The notes under the pieces were generated by a model, which was given only the letters and a program-made list of their open reading frames with translations, was not told where the DNA came from and ran no database searches. DNA of 64,000 bases from a virus (taxonomy: Duplodnaviria; Caudoviricetes): positions 96,001 through 160,000 of IMG/VR virus record IMGVR_UViG_3300031998_000003. One strand, written 5' to 3'. Shown one piece after another: positions 26,910-37,000 of this stretch (its first letter is position 1; each line of letters starts with the position of its first letter). Position numbers and translations under genes: made by a program.

Positions 26910-26983
26910 GGGCTCTTAGCTCAGTCGGTTAGAGCAGTAGACTCATAATCTATTGGTCCAGGGTTCGAGTCCCTGAGGGCCCA
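26910..26983 (+). tRNA. tRNA-CAT, probably Ile2 (lysidine)
   Basis: GGGCTCT/AGGGCCC Ile-type acceptor, CAT anticodon, A73. Confidence 0.85.
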
Positions 26984-27000
26984 TTTAACATGAATATATT

Positions 27001-27035
27001 GTGAGGGGCTTAACGCCCCTCACAATATAATTTTT
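27001..27035 (+). terminator. intrinsic terminator
   Basis: GTGAGGGGC-TTAAC-GCCCCTCAC followed by an AT/T tract. Confidence 0.7.
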
Positions 27036-27135
27036 ATGTATCTACATATTATTATTACGAAGAAACCGGGTAGCAACGGTAAATATTGCTACACGCTGCC
27101 CACTGCATAAGTGTTGGGAGAATAGGAGTTTAATT

Positions 27136-27912
27136 ATGAAATTCACTGAAATTGTGGAAAAAGTTCTGCATGGCAGATCTGAATCGGTCAAATGGGATTA
27201 TCAACGTAAACACGTCACCTCTTCATGGGAAATCATTCCCAACGTCGATGAGGTGATTGGTGTTCGCCTGGTTATCACCAATGTAGGCGGTATGGATGGC
27301 GCTCGTGTTGGAGCGCTGATAAAACCGTTCTCTGATCTCCTTATGGAGATTCCAGATGATAAAGACACCATGGCTCGTCGTATCACTAATGGAAGAACAA
27401 CAGCGGCATTCTATAGTCCTGATCAAGATTGTATAGGTATGCTTCTTGATCCTATCAAGATTGTCACATCTTATATTAAAGCTCCGGATGGAGTTGACTT
27501 CACACGGTATTTCACCTGTGTGACAGAAAATGACAGCATCGTGATGTTGCCTTGGTATGTTGACAACGTCGACATCGATGAAGTCAAACGCGAAACCAAA
27601 GCGGCACTTAAACGCAACGGATATAAAGACATTCCTGATGATGCCAATATTTATGATGAGAAATTCATAAATGCATTCACCTCAACGATAGATGGATGTC
27701 TTGCATCTGGTATTATCGGTCATGAGGTGGATTCAAATATCACTCACAGCATCGAATTCAAAAATGAAAATACCGCGGTTGCAAAATGCAACGAGCATCC
27801 GTCTTCAGCAATCGATAACGCCGTCAAGCATGCAATGCTGTCTAACAGTTTGCTGCTTATCGATAACAATTGGGTTACATGGGCTGACGTTGATGAAGAG
27901 GTAAAAAGGTAA
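27136..27912 (+). CDS. hypothetical protein
   Basis: AGGAG RBS; promoter motif at about 27039-27056. Confidence 0.7.
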   Translation: MKFTEIVEKVLHGRSESVKWDYQRKHVTSSWEIIPNVDEVIGVRLVITNVGGMDGARVGALIKPFSDLLMEIPDDKDTMARRITNGRTTAAFYSPDQDCIGMLLDPIKIVTSYIKAPDGVDFTRYFTCVTENDSIVMLPWYVDNVDIDEVKRETKAALKRNGYKDIPDDANIYDEKFINAFTSTIDGCLASGIIGHEVDSNITHSIEFKNENTAVAKCNEHPSSAIDNAVKHAMLSNSLLLIDNNWVTWADVDEEVKR

Positions 27913-27924
27913 AGGGGGAAAATT

Positions 27925-28830
27925 ATGGTAGGAAAACAGACTGATCGCGAACATCTGAATGAACGTATAGCAGATCTTGAAAAGGTCATCGACATTTTGA
28001 TCGCGCTACGCGATCATCCCGAAATCGGGGAAAAGCAAATTTGTGATGAGAAAGGGATGTCTTTCACTCGCTATCGCAAATTGGCCTACGATACGGACTG
28101 GTTCGGTCCAACAAGATCGGTACATTCCGAAGAAACAACCGCAGAGAAGATGCGTAAGTTCAAGCCAACTCTGTCATGGTATCACAAGTTGTGGTGTGAA
28201 GTTATGGGTGTCGACTACCGTGATGTCACGGTATGTCCGACTGACATTGCTGAAACAATTGAATGGTTACTCGCTAACAAGCTCAATGAGCGCGAGGCAA
28301 AAGTGATTCGTCTCCGTTATGAAGACGGAATGATACTCATGGACATCGGCCATGAAATGGGAGTAACTGGAGACAGAATTGCACAGATTGAAGCCACAGC
28401 ATTTCGCAAGCTTAGATGTGCTAATGCTTGGATGCGTTTCGGTAGAAACCATTGGATCCCGATCCTGACGATTCAGAAAAATATTGAAGCCGACGCTGAG
28501 ATCTCCATAAAATATCGGGTTATGGCAGCATTGGATGACAGGATGCCTTCTCTGAGAAAGTATATCAGAGATGGTATTAAACTGGAAGAACAACAAAGAA
28601 CACAGATCGATCCGGACCTGTCGATTGACGATATGGATTTGTCGGTCAGAACATACAATTCCCTGAAACGCGGAGGAGTTCAAACTCTCGACGACCTCAG
28701 GCACATGACTGCGAGTGACCTTATGAAGATCCGCTGTCTTGGTGCCGGTGGTGTTTGTGAAATAAAAAACAAACTCGATGAATATGGTTTCAGCTTGCTT
28801 CCTGATAATGAAGATGACGATGACGAATAA
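27925..28830 (+). CDS. sigma-70 region 4 + RNAP alpha C-terminal domain fusion
   Basis: LNEREAKVIRLRY...IGHEMGVTGDRIAQIEATAFRKLR and IDDMDLSVRTYNSLKRGGV.TLDDL...LMKIRCLG. Confidence 0.85.
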   Translation: MVGKQTDREHLNERIADLEKVIDILIALRDHPEIGEKQICDEKGMSFTRYRKLAYDTDWFGPTRSVHSEETTAEKMRKFKPTLSWYHKLWCEVMGVDYRDVTVCPTDIAETIEWLLANKLNEREAKVIRLRYEDGMILMDIGHEMGVTGDRIAQIEATAFRKLRCANAWMRFGRNHWIPILTIQKNIEADAEISIKYRVMAALDDRMPSLRKYIRDGIKLEEQQRTQIDPDLSIDDMDLSVRTYNSLKRGGVQTLDDLRHMTASDLMKIRCLGAGGVCEIKNKLDEYGFSLLPDNEDDDDE

Positions 28831-28870
28831 TTATTATTACAATCACACAATATGATATATTGTGTGATAT

Positions 28871-28963
28871 GGAGGTGTACTCAAGTCTGGCTGAAGAGTC
28901 TGGTCTTGAAAACCAGGAGGGCGTGAAAGCGTCGCAGGGGTTCGAATCCCTTCACCTCCGCCA
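28871..28963 (+). tRNA. tRNA-Ser(TGA)
   Basis: Type II cloverleaf, GCCA end. Confidence 0.93.
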
Positions 28964-28970
28964 ATCTTTG

Positions 28971-29099
28971 TGGTGGTCTGTCTTGACGATATGTCGGTCC
29001 GTTTGCTCGAGCACGGGGTCTGATATATTCGTGACAAATTGAGGTAATAAACGATCGCTCGAGTGATCGCTAACATGGCAGTAGTCCTGACCATCACCA
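28971..29099 (+). ncRNA. structured element with two CTCGAG-tipped hairpins
   Basis: TGGTGGTC/GACCATCA closing stem; CCGTTTGCTCGAGCACGG; CGATCGCTCGAGTGATCG. Confidence 0.5.
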
Positions 29100-29163
29100 A
29101 TCAGCTTATTGACAGCGTCAGTGTTGCCGGCTTTACATCTGGCGCTGATTAGATAAGGTGCTA

Positions 29164-29319
29164 GCATTCAGCATTGATGAGCGGGTTCCTATTGAGAGTT
29201 AAGTGTCTCCCGAATGGGATAAAGGCGCTTGGAGCTGGTTGGACTCAATTGTCCAATAAAAAGAAACTCCCCAAGATTCTAGAGTCGTAAGGATACCAGA
29301 CTGCCCCGCTAAAGAATGT
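29164..29319 (+). ncRNA. multibranch structured element
   Basis: GCATTC/GAATGT and AGCGGG/CCCGCT nested closing stems with several internal hairpins. Confidence 0.45.
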
Positions 29320-29335
29320 AAAAACGGTTCAATTT

Positions 29336-29406
29336 GCACGTGTAGTTCAATGGTAGAATACCAGCCTTCCAAGCTGGGTACGTGGGTTCGATTCCCATCA
29401 CGTGCT
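29336..29406 (+). tRNA. tRNA-Gly(TCC)
   Basis: Cloverleaf; CCAGC-CTTCCAA-GCTGG. Confidence 0.93.
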
Positions 29407-29408
29407 TA

Positions 29409-29486
29409 TGATAAACTTCCTTAATTGACCCAGTTCAGTTTGGACGGGGATTGCAGTTCTAATTACCGTCTGCAAGAAGTTTATCA
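29409..29486 (+). ncRNA. rod-like hairpin with large internal bubble
   Basis: TGATAAACTTC/GAAGTTTATCA outer stem; GGACGG/CCGTCT inner stem. Confidence 0.45.
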
Positions 29487-29495
29487 GTTTCTTCA

Positions 29496-29643
29496 GGATA
29501 GGTGCGGCATAGTGTTGGTAACAGCACAGGCCAGTTTCTCGAGTTCTCTCTGCGTCTAATAAGACGCACGCTGCAGACTGGGTGTATGGGCTTTGAGAGC
29601 GTCGAAAGACGAAATGGACCCACATGCTCGAGAGCACCTATCC
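29496..29643 (+). ncRNA. multibranch structured element
   Basis: GGATAGGTGC/GCACCTATCC, TCTCGAG/CTCGAGA, TGCGTC/GACGCA, CGTC-GAAA-GACG. Confidence 0.55.
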
Positions 29644-29649
29644 AGATAC

Positions 29650-29723
29650 TGGGGTATCGCCAAGGGGCAAGGCATCAGACTTTGACTCTGACATCGTAGG
29701 TTCGAATCCTGCTACCCCAACCA
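29650..29723 (+). tRNA. tRNA-Gln(TTG)
   Basis: TGGGGTA/TACCCCA acceptor, TTG anticodon, CCA. Confidence 0.92.
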
Positions 29724-29765
29724 TCGTGGATATCCACGACTTCACCTTCTTATTGTAGTGGATTT

Positions 29766-29806
29766 GGGGCGCCTTTCGGCGCCCCTCTTCCCTCATTTTT
29801 TTTTTT
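29766..29806. terminator. terminator between convergent units
   Basis: GGGGCGCC-TTTC-GGCGCCCC followed by a T run. Confidence 0.75.
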
Positions 29807-29808
29807 GA

Positions 29809-32800
29809 TTAGATCTCATCCCAGGTGTTCGTATTCGGATTAAATACTTTCAATTTAGAACGTCCATCTGCAGGTTGTTCAACAACAAGCGTTCTGTAAG
29901 AAACATTGTCACCAAGTTCATTTAGGATTGAACTTTGATCAACCGGGATATTTGTTCCTCTGATGACTTGCATTCTGACAGGTTTCATTGTAGAATTTGT
30001 TGATGCGTTTTTGAATGAGAACGAATGGACTTGTGGGAATACGAGTTCCCATGCACCAATAGGTCCTTTATCGACTGATGGAATTGACATCGATGAATCA
30101 TTGTAGAAATACATGAAGTCTGGTTGTTGGTAAATCGGATTCTGATCTTCACCAGCACGCGCATATACTGGAGAATTTGTCAGAATATTCCAATTCAACA
30201 TACCAGCTGATTCATTATACAATGGAGTCATGTCAGTCACACGATGATTGTTTGCATCAAGTATCTCAATATCGTTCCATTTGAATGGTGTCCTGACAAC
30301 CTGTAGCTCACGAGTTTCTTCGTCGAGATAGTATGTCTCATGTACTGTTGCTAACGGATTGAAAGCCCACACCATAGGACCGATCAGTGGGGCATTCCAC
30401 ATGATCATTGTTCCAGAATTTGTGTGAACAAACTTCTTATTCACAAGATCATTATCTGGGAGATATGACAATGTGTCTGTCGTAAATAGATTGTTGAACG
30501 AACGTCTGATGATTCCGTATTTGAATGACTTGTTAGACGCAACATGCTCATTATCCCATTTCCAGAATATCGTCACATCGAAATAGTCTTTACCAGCCGC
30601 TTTCAATGCATCAATGACTCCCTGTTGCGATTTCGTTTCAGCAATCAGTGTGCCGAATTCACGACAATAGAGCTTATTGATATCGACTACTGTTCGTCCA
30701 CCCAGATTATTTGCCGGAAGCATTGCTGGTGTTGCAGTTGTATCAATAATGTTGATACATGATCCTGTCTGAAGAACCTTCAGTTTTGTTTCAGGACGTT
30801 CTGCTGCATACTGTTGGACTTGCAATTCTCTGACGGATGGTATCAGCGTGTTAACGAACGCATCTCTGACTGAAATACCGGATTCCGATGTCACATCAGA
30901 TTCATTTATCTCTGAGATTTGTTGCAGCGGTCGCCAGCCCAGATTATGAATTACATCATATTCATAGAACCAGATACCAGTCTTTTCTTTAACGAATGCA
31001 TACAAACCTTCAATGATTTTACCACGTCTCGGAAGCAATTCCTGATAGTCGTTGATGAATAATTTCACCTTCAAACCAGTTCCAACAGTCGTATCATTTG
31101 GAGATGTTCCATAAGTCTTGGTGTATCCGTTTTGAGCCGGATCCATATCAAAGTTTGCAATTGACATAAGCTGATCAGGTGGTGCGAGACCGACATCCGT
31201 TACGCCGCCATTATCGTTCACAGAAATGACGTGATATTCGAATGCACATCCACCAACTATGATTTGTCCTGATGATCCAACCTCGTAATGTTCTCCCATA
31301 CTCACAATACCATCCGAAGGAATGATCACATTTTCTGGATCAACCATTGCGTTCAGATTCTCGTAAGTTCTGAAATCATTGTACACGCTCATATCGACTG
31401 CCTTCAGATTTTCAACGGAGTCGAAAATGAATCTGTTTGATTGAACATATTTCGGTGTCAAACCTGGTTCCGTATAAATCGGGGTGTCAGTATTGTCACG
31501 ATGGATCGGACGAACCCATCTGTCACGAACACCGTTGTACAGGCGATACAAATCATTTTCTGTGAATGGTGCTTCTGTGCGAACGTATTTCTTATCAACA
31601 ACGGATACCGGTGCAATACCGTGGATGTTGGAAAGCTGAACGACAGATGTCGGGATGTCGCAAATACGTGCAATTGTACGAGCCGGTTTGGGTTGTTTCA
31701 ATTTCGCATTATTACGATATTCCAGATCATCGTTTGAAAGAACATACACACGACCGATTTCTTCGGTCGGAATGTCTGCAGCTGAACGAGGTGGTGTCAC
31801 TTCTTCGATGTAATCGAATTCGATACGAACTTTCAAACCGACACCTTTTGCATCTGTATAATGCGTGTATGGACTTGGATCAGGATTGTAACCACCATGA
31901 TCTTCCATTCCAGCATCAGGATCGGCACTGTTGCGCGCTTCGACAAGAAGCCATTCCGGATATCTGTAGGTTACCCACGCCGTACTGAGTGATTCACCCA
32001 TGAATTCCGTCGGATCCCATGATGGTTCGAACGGGTTTTCGATAAGTGCTGAACTGATATCATCAAACGAAATCACTCGATTCAATGTTTCAGTTTTATC
32101 TTCGTTTTTACCGATGTAAACCTTATCACCATACCAGACACCGTCACGTTCCTCATAAGTTATGTGATCAACGTACCACCGTTGTGCACGTACATTATCA
32201 GGAACAAGTTCTGATGAATAATCAGCATATGTCGCGTTCGACTTAATCGAAATCTCTCCACCATCAGTGGGATATGTTTGATAATATAGCCATACTGCAA
32301 CAGGGTCGCCTTCGTCGCGATATAGTGGGTCTACTTCAAGAACTCCACCATTTTCATCGACACGCTTAATCGAGAGCATCACCGTAGACAAAAATCCGTT
32401 ATTAAAACGAATTCTAACACGGCTGTATTTTCCTCCAGCAATGTCTTCAGCTATATATCCGCTACCTTTTTCAACAATGTCAACGCGTTTAATTCGATAG
32501 CGTCCGATTTTAATAGTTGTCGGATATGTACGTTCTATACCCGGATCGAATATCAAACCGGCGATTTGTCTACTTTCCTGAACCTCAGGATTGTATGACG
32601 GTGTATTATGAATTGCATATACCGACAGGTGTTGCGGTGATGAAGTATCGGTTGTTTCACGAACCCAATCCGGAAGACCTTTCATCTTTTCGATGTCGTG
32701 CGGATATCTTGGGAATTGGTCCATATAGTTCTTTGACGAACCAAACCGCATACCAGCGTAACCGACATCAGTAGTTGTATCAGTGAATGGGATCGACTGA

Positions 32801-33993
32801 TCGAGTTGGGCTCTGAATACAGGAATCAACGGATCTTGTTCCTCAACACCTTCAACCAATGCATTCGAATTGAACGCTGACAGTGGAATGCGATATTGTT
32901 CGAGGGATTGATTATACACCCATGCGTCATTCTGGACCATTTTCAGAATATTGACACCATGTTGCGTATTGTCAACTGTAAGCAACGCTGTAGCCTGATC
33001 ATCAGAAGGAGCATATATCACTTTGATATCAGTAATCGGGATATTGAAATCGGCTTCAGTTCCGGTAAATGCAGCACCATCAGCCGAGCAAGCGATGTAG
33101 TAATCATCATTTGATTCAACACCTTGGTCGATTGATACCGGGACATTGAGATATAAAGGTCCAACACACGGATACACATATTGTTCATATTTCGAACCAT
33201 TGTTGTCATATCCCATTGTGAGAACTTTTCCGTATGATGAAGTCTCATTTGGGGTAATGATACATTTTGCACCACGATTGGTTTGATCACAATTAAACCA
33301 AATCAACGGGAGTCCGATCATTTCTGGATCATTGATCAGATCTGTAACAAATTCAGATGCAGTCGGATCATCGTCCGGAGTAATGTGAAATGGCTGCAGG
33401 ACTTCATCCAGTGGATAGAAATAAACCGGGTTGGTAACATTCATTGCAGTCGGATCATCATCTGATGTCTTGAATCCGATCGATACAGAATTCTCATAAG
33501 TTTGTGTATTTGGATTATATATCTCAAGAACAGGCGGTACAAGCGTACAGAGCCATCTGTATGTAAACAAATCACCCTCATCAGTCGAGATCGGGACTGC
33601 CATAATGAAGCAGTCCCGAATTCTCATACGGTAATTGAGGTGTGGTGTATCGGCTGTGGAGTCCGTGTTAATCGATTTCACACGAATCATTTCAAGCCCA
33701 TTCATCTCGGGGATAAACGGGAATACTGAAGTACCGAGTTCCAAAGCATTTGTCAAAGCATCATCGTTGAACTTTGCTTTATTCACCAACTGATCAATCA
33801 TGGGGAGTTTCTCAGTTTCGATGATAATGTCAGATCCAAGGTTGTCGATACGTCCCTGGAAGATATCACCCGTGACTTTGTCTTGAACTTGCTTTGATTT
33901 ATCGGTTTTCTTCAACCAATGTTTGCGTTCCTGATCCATTGTCATAGCCAATGTGCATGAACCAAGATACCACTTGATTTTATTTGGTTTCAA
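29809..33993 (-). CDS. large virion structural protein (tail/baseplate fibre-like), paralog of the next gene
   Basis: 1394 aa; GSGY-type beta segments; shared ARICDIPTS block. Confidence 0.6.
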   Translation of the reverse strand: MKPNKIKWYLGSCTLAMTMDQERKHWLKKTDKSKQVQDKVTGDIFQGRIDNLGSDIIIETEKLPMIDQLVNKAKFNDDALTNALELGTSVFPFIPEMNGLEMIRVKSINTDSTADTPHLNYRMRIRDCFIMAVPISTDEGDLFTYRWLCTLVPPVLEIYNPNTQTYENSVSIGFKTSDDDPTAMNVTNPVYFYPLDEVLQPFHITPDDDPTASEFVTDLINDPEMIGLPLIWFNCDQTNRGAKCIITPNETSSYGKVLTMGYDNNGSKYEQYVYPCVGPLYLNVPVSIDQGVESNDDYYIACSADGAAFTGTEADFNIPITDIKVIYAPSDDQATALLTVDNTQHGVNILKMVQNDAWVYNQSLEQYRIPLSAFNSNALVEGVEEQDPLIPVFRAQLDQSIPFTDTTTDVGYAGMRFGSSKNYMDQFPRYPHDIEKMKGLPDWVRETTDTSSPQHLSVYAIHNTPSYNPEVQESRQIAGLIFDPGIERTYPTTIKIGRYRIKRVDIVEKGSGYIAEDIAGGKYSRVRIRFNNGFLSTVMLSIKRVDENGGVLEVDPLYRDEGDPVAVWLYYQTYPTDGGEISIKSNATYADYSSELVPDNVRAQRWYVDHITYEERDGVWYGDKVYIGKNEDKTETLNRVISFDDISSALIENPFEPSWDPTEFMGESLSTAWVTYRYPEWLLVEARNSADPDAGMEDHGGYNPDPSPYTHYTDAKGVGLKVRIEFDYIEEVTPPRSAADIPTEEIGRVYVLSNDDLEYRNNAKLKQPKPARTIARICDIPTSVVQLSNIHGIAPVSVVDKKYVRTEAPFTENDLYRLYNGVRDRWVRPIHRDNTDTPIYTEPGLTPKYVQSNRFIFDSVENLKAVDMSVYNDFRTYENLNAMVDPENVIIPSDGIVSMGEHYEVGSSGQIIVGGCAFEYHVISVNDNGGVTDVGLAPPDQLMSIANFDMDPAQNGYTKTYGTSPNDTTVGTGLKVKLFINDYQELLPRRGKIIEGLYAFVKEKTGIWFYEYDVIHNLGWRPLQQISEINESDVTSESGISVRDAFVNTLIPSVRELQVQQYAAERPETKLKVLQTGSCINIIDTTATPAMLPANNLGGRTVVDINKLYCREFGTLIAETKSQQGVIDALKAAGKDYFDVTIFWKWDNEHVASNKSFKYGIIRRSFNNLFTTDTLSYLPDNDLVNKKFVHTNSGTMIMWNAPLIGPMVWAFNPLATVHETYYLDEETRELQVVRTPFKWNDIEILDANNHRVTDMTPLYNESAGMLNWNILTNSPVYARAGEDQNPIYQQPDFMYFYNDSSMSIPSVDKGPIGAWELVFPQVHSFSFKNASTNSTMKPVRMQVIRGTNIPVDQSSILNELGDNVSYRTLVVEQPADGRSKLKVFNPNTNTWDEI

Positions 33994-34010
33994 AATATCT
34001 CACACCTTTC

Positions 34011-37000
34011 TCATGTATGATAGTTCCATTCCCATTTATTGTCACGGAATACATATTGTCGTCCATTAATAATCAACAATGTCATTTCAGAAATGTCCAT
34101 AGTACCATCATACATTCTGAATCCATCGAGTGTATTATAATTGAAAGCAGCATTATCGATTCTAAATACATACAATGGGTTGTTTTCATATGATTCCATA
34201 CCAACGTGTGCAGTATCATCATATGTGTCTTTCAGCGGAATAAAGCCACCATATTCAGTGTTTTTATTCAGCTCGTTATAATTGTGACCGGAAACATTGT
34301 CACGATTGGAATAGTACACGAGTTTACCGCTGGCAACATCAGATTCAAATGTTGTTGAAGTAAATGGTTCCGAAACTCGGTATACTTCAGGATCATCGTC
34401 ATGATATACAAGCTGTCCTGAAGTATATGCGGTATTGATGAAATACTGTAAGATCTGAATGTCGGTTATATCGATTTCCGATATCTGTTCAACATCAGTT
34501 ATGTGGTATGGTGCCGTAGGATCTATTATACGAGGTATCTGTGTTATCCGATACATCGGATAATTCATGAACTGTGCTCCGTACAATAGATTTGCATCTG
34601 ATGGATAATCGTCGATCACGCTAATCATGTCACTGAAATTCAGATCAGATCCATAATCACGTGTAATGAATCCACCAAAGTCAGTATATTGATGATTGGA
34701 CCGAGAATGAATATCATACATAAATGGGAATCTGTACTGTTGAGACATCAACAGTGACGCTGTATAGATATTGAATGATGATACATTGAGATTCGTATAC
34801 GATGGGAATTTGGATGTATCGAGCATATCCAATGCAAACTTATATGACAACAAATACGCCTTTGTTGAATCAATTGATACACCGTCTTGTTTCTCAACAA
34901 GACCAAAGAACGCACCAAATTGATTCAACCCCTGATTTGACACAAGTTTACTGAAATCAACTCCTTGACGCAAACCCTCGTAAGTGAATCCAGCTGATGG
35001 ATCATAATCGATCGTTCGATATGTCATTTTAACGTATTTGGCAGGATGATTTACAACGTCCATCATGTCAACATTTACAAACTTCCCATCACTGAGCATA
35101 TGATACATCATTGACGAGAATGCTTTCCGCTTATAAGCAGTATCGGAATCGTCATATACTGGATTCATTTCACCCATGAAGCCTGTTAGTTGAATTCGAT
35201 GATCAACGTCCCACACATCATTTTCATCTGTAATCTCAGATTTGACTTCATTGATGTGTACAGAGTTTGACCAACTGTCACATGAGATTGCATATTGTCC
35301 TTCACGCAGCACATCAGCATATGGAGGTTGTGATTCAGGATTATATGGCATACGTCCATATTGCCAATCATACTGCGGTGGTTTATAATGACTCATGATC
35401 GTATCAGACAATACAAATGTGAATGTCGCACCAGATCCTGAACCAGAAATTGTGTGGGTTGTAAAGGTCGTAGTCTGTCCATCAAAATTCGATAACGGAA
35501 TATCTGGAATCACATCCGTCAGTGTACCATAATCATCATAATTCATTCCGGGATATTTCGTATCCATATGGAATTGATAATCTGTGATCTTACCGTCATT
35601 CACATCAATGACATCGATTTTCAGATACACACCACCAATGTTGAAACCGATTTTGTCACCGATCGAATATCCTGATCCACCATTATCGAGATAATACTTG
35701 CATGATGCATTGTACGGCATTGGTGCCTGTTTTGCAACACGCATAATTTCAGAACTCGGGACTTTGAATACCTGGAAATCCTTATGCTTCCAAAGGAATC
35801 CACCATTGTTACCACGAACATCCGATAGACTAGAGAATGGCATTTGTTTAAGACGATTTACATCTGGATTTCTATTGACAATCAGGTTCTGAACATACGG
35901 GGTATAACCTTCAAGTCCAGTGAATCGAAGTGATGGATTGACATTCCATAGCCGATGAATATCATTCTCGATGATGATATGTTTCTCACCTTGTACATCT
36001 TCCGCAACGATTGCGCGGTTCAGCATAACAGGTGCACCCATACGGATATATTGTGAATCCATCAACAATGTTGGTGATTTACCCTTGACACTCAGTAGTT
36101 GTGTGAATGATGTCGGGATATCACAAATACGAGCTGCCGTTCTTTCGGCTTTTGGATTTCTGGAAGTCTCGTTATTTATGTATGCTGCTGGGTCGTTTGT
36201 GATTAGATAACCTCGACCGGTTTCCAACACTGGATCAAAATCAATATAACCAAGTGAGAAATAACCATTTCCATGATATATGAATCTTGGACACTCTTCA
36301 CGCTCTTCAGACGTACATATCTGATCATCAAGGAATCTGTCATTTGAAAGAAATCTGATATCACTAGGATAATTGTTTACTGATACAATCGCGTCCTCGT
36401 TTGTCACATACTTTGGCTGAATAATGGAATCATTACTTCCTTCAGCGGCATATGTAATAACAATACCCATTCCAGTCAGTTCTTTGATTTCATTTTGTGG
36501 AACCGCGGAATCAAGAATGATTGCAGCAGTTTGTTTGTCCATCGGCTTTTGATTGCGATTATTCGCATCATCACGAATTGCATACATCTCAACATGCGCT
36601 CGATGAATAGTTCTTTCTAAATAGCGTTTGAAGTACTCTGGTAATCCATCGAACTCACCGAGACTGTGGATGACACCGAACTTCTTCGGGACAGAATTAT
36701 CTGAATAATCTGTCGTGTAATCCAGATGAACACCTGATACAAAATGATTCAGATCAGCCTCACGCTTAAAGAAGAATTCTTCAGCAAACTTGATTCGGAG
36801 AACTGGTAGGATTGCTCCAAGTTGTGATGTACTGAACGACTTATCGAATTTGAAGTATGTGAAATAGCCCTGATTCAGAAGGTTTGGATCATATCCATGA
36901 ACACCGTCTTTGATCTTCTGGAATTTATATGGACCCTGATAATAGATGTTATCAACATCTAGCAGACAGATGTGGATGATCTTATCATCCACATCAAATG

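Noticed and set aside
29585-29625. Hammerhead ribozyme (TGAGAGCGTCGAAAGACGAAA)
   Set aside because: The CUGANGA core is not matched and no stem III/cleavage triplet is evident
28843-29699. Short ORFs over RNA island 3 (and 26637-26822 over island 2)
   Set aside because: Shadows of tRNA genes
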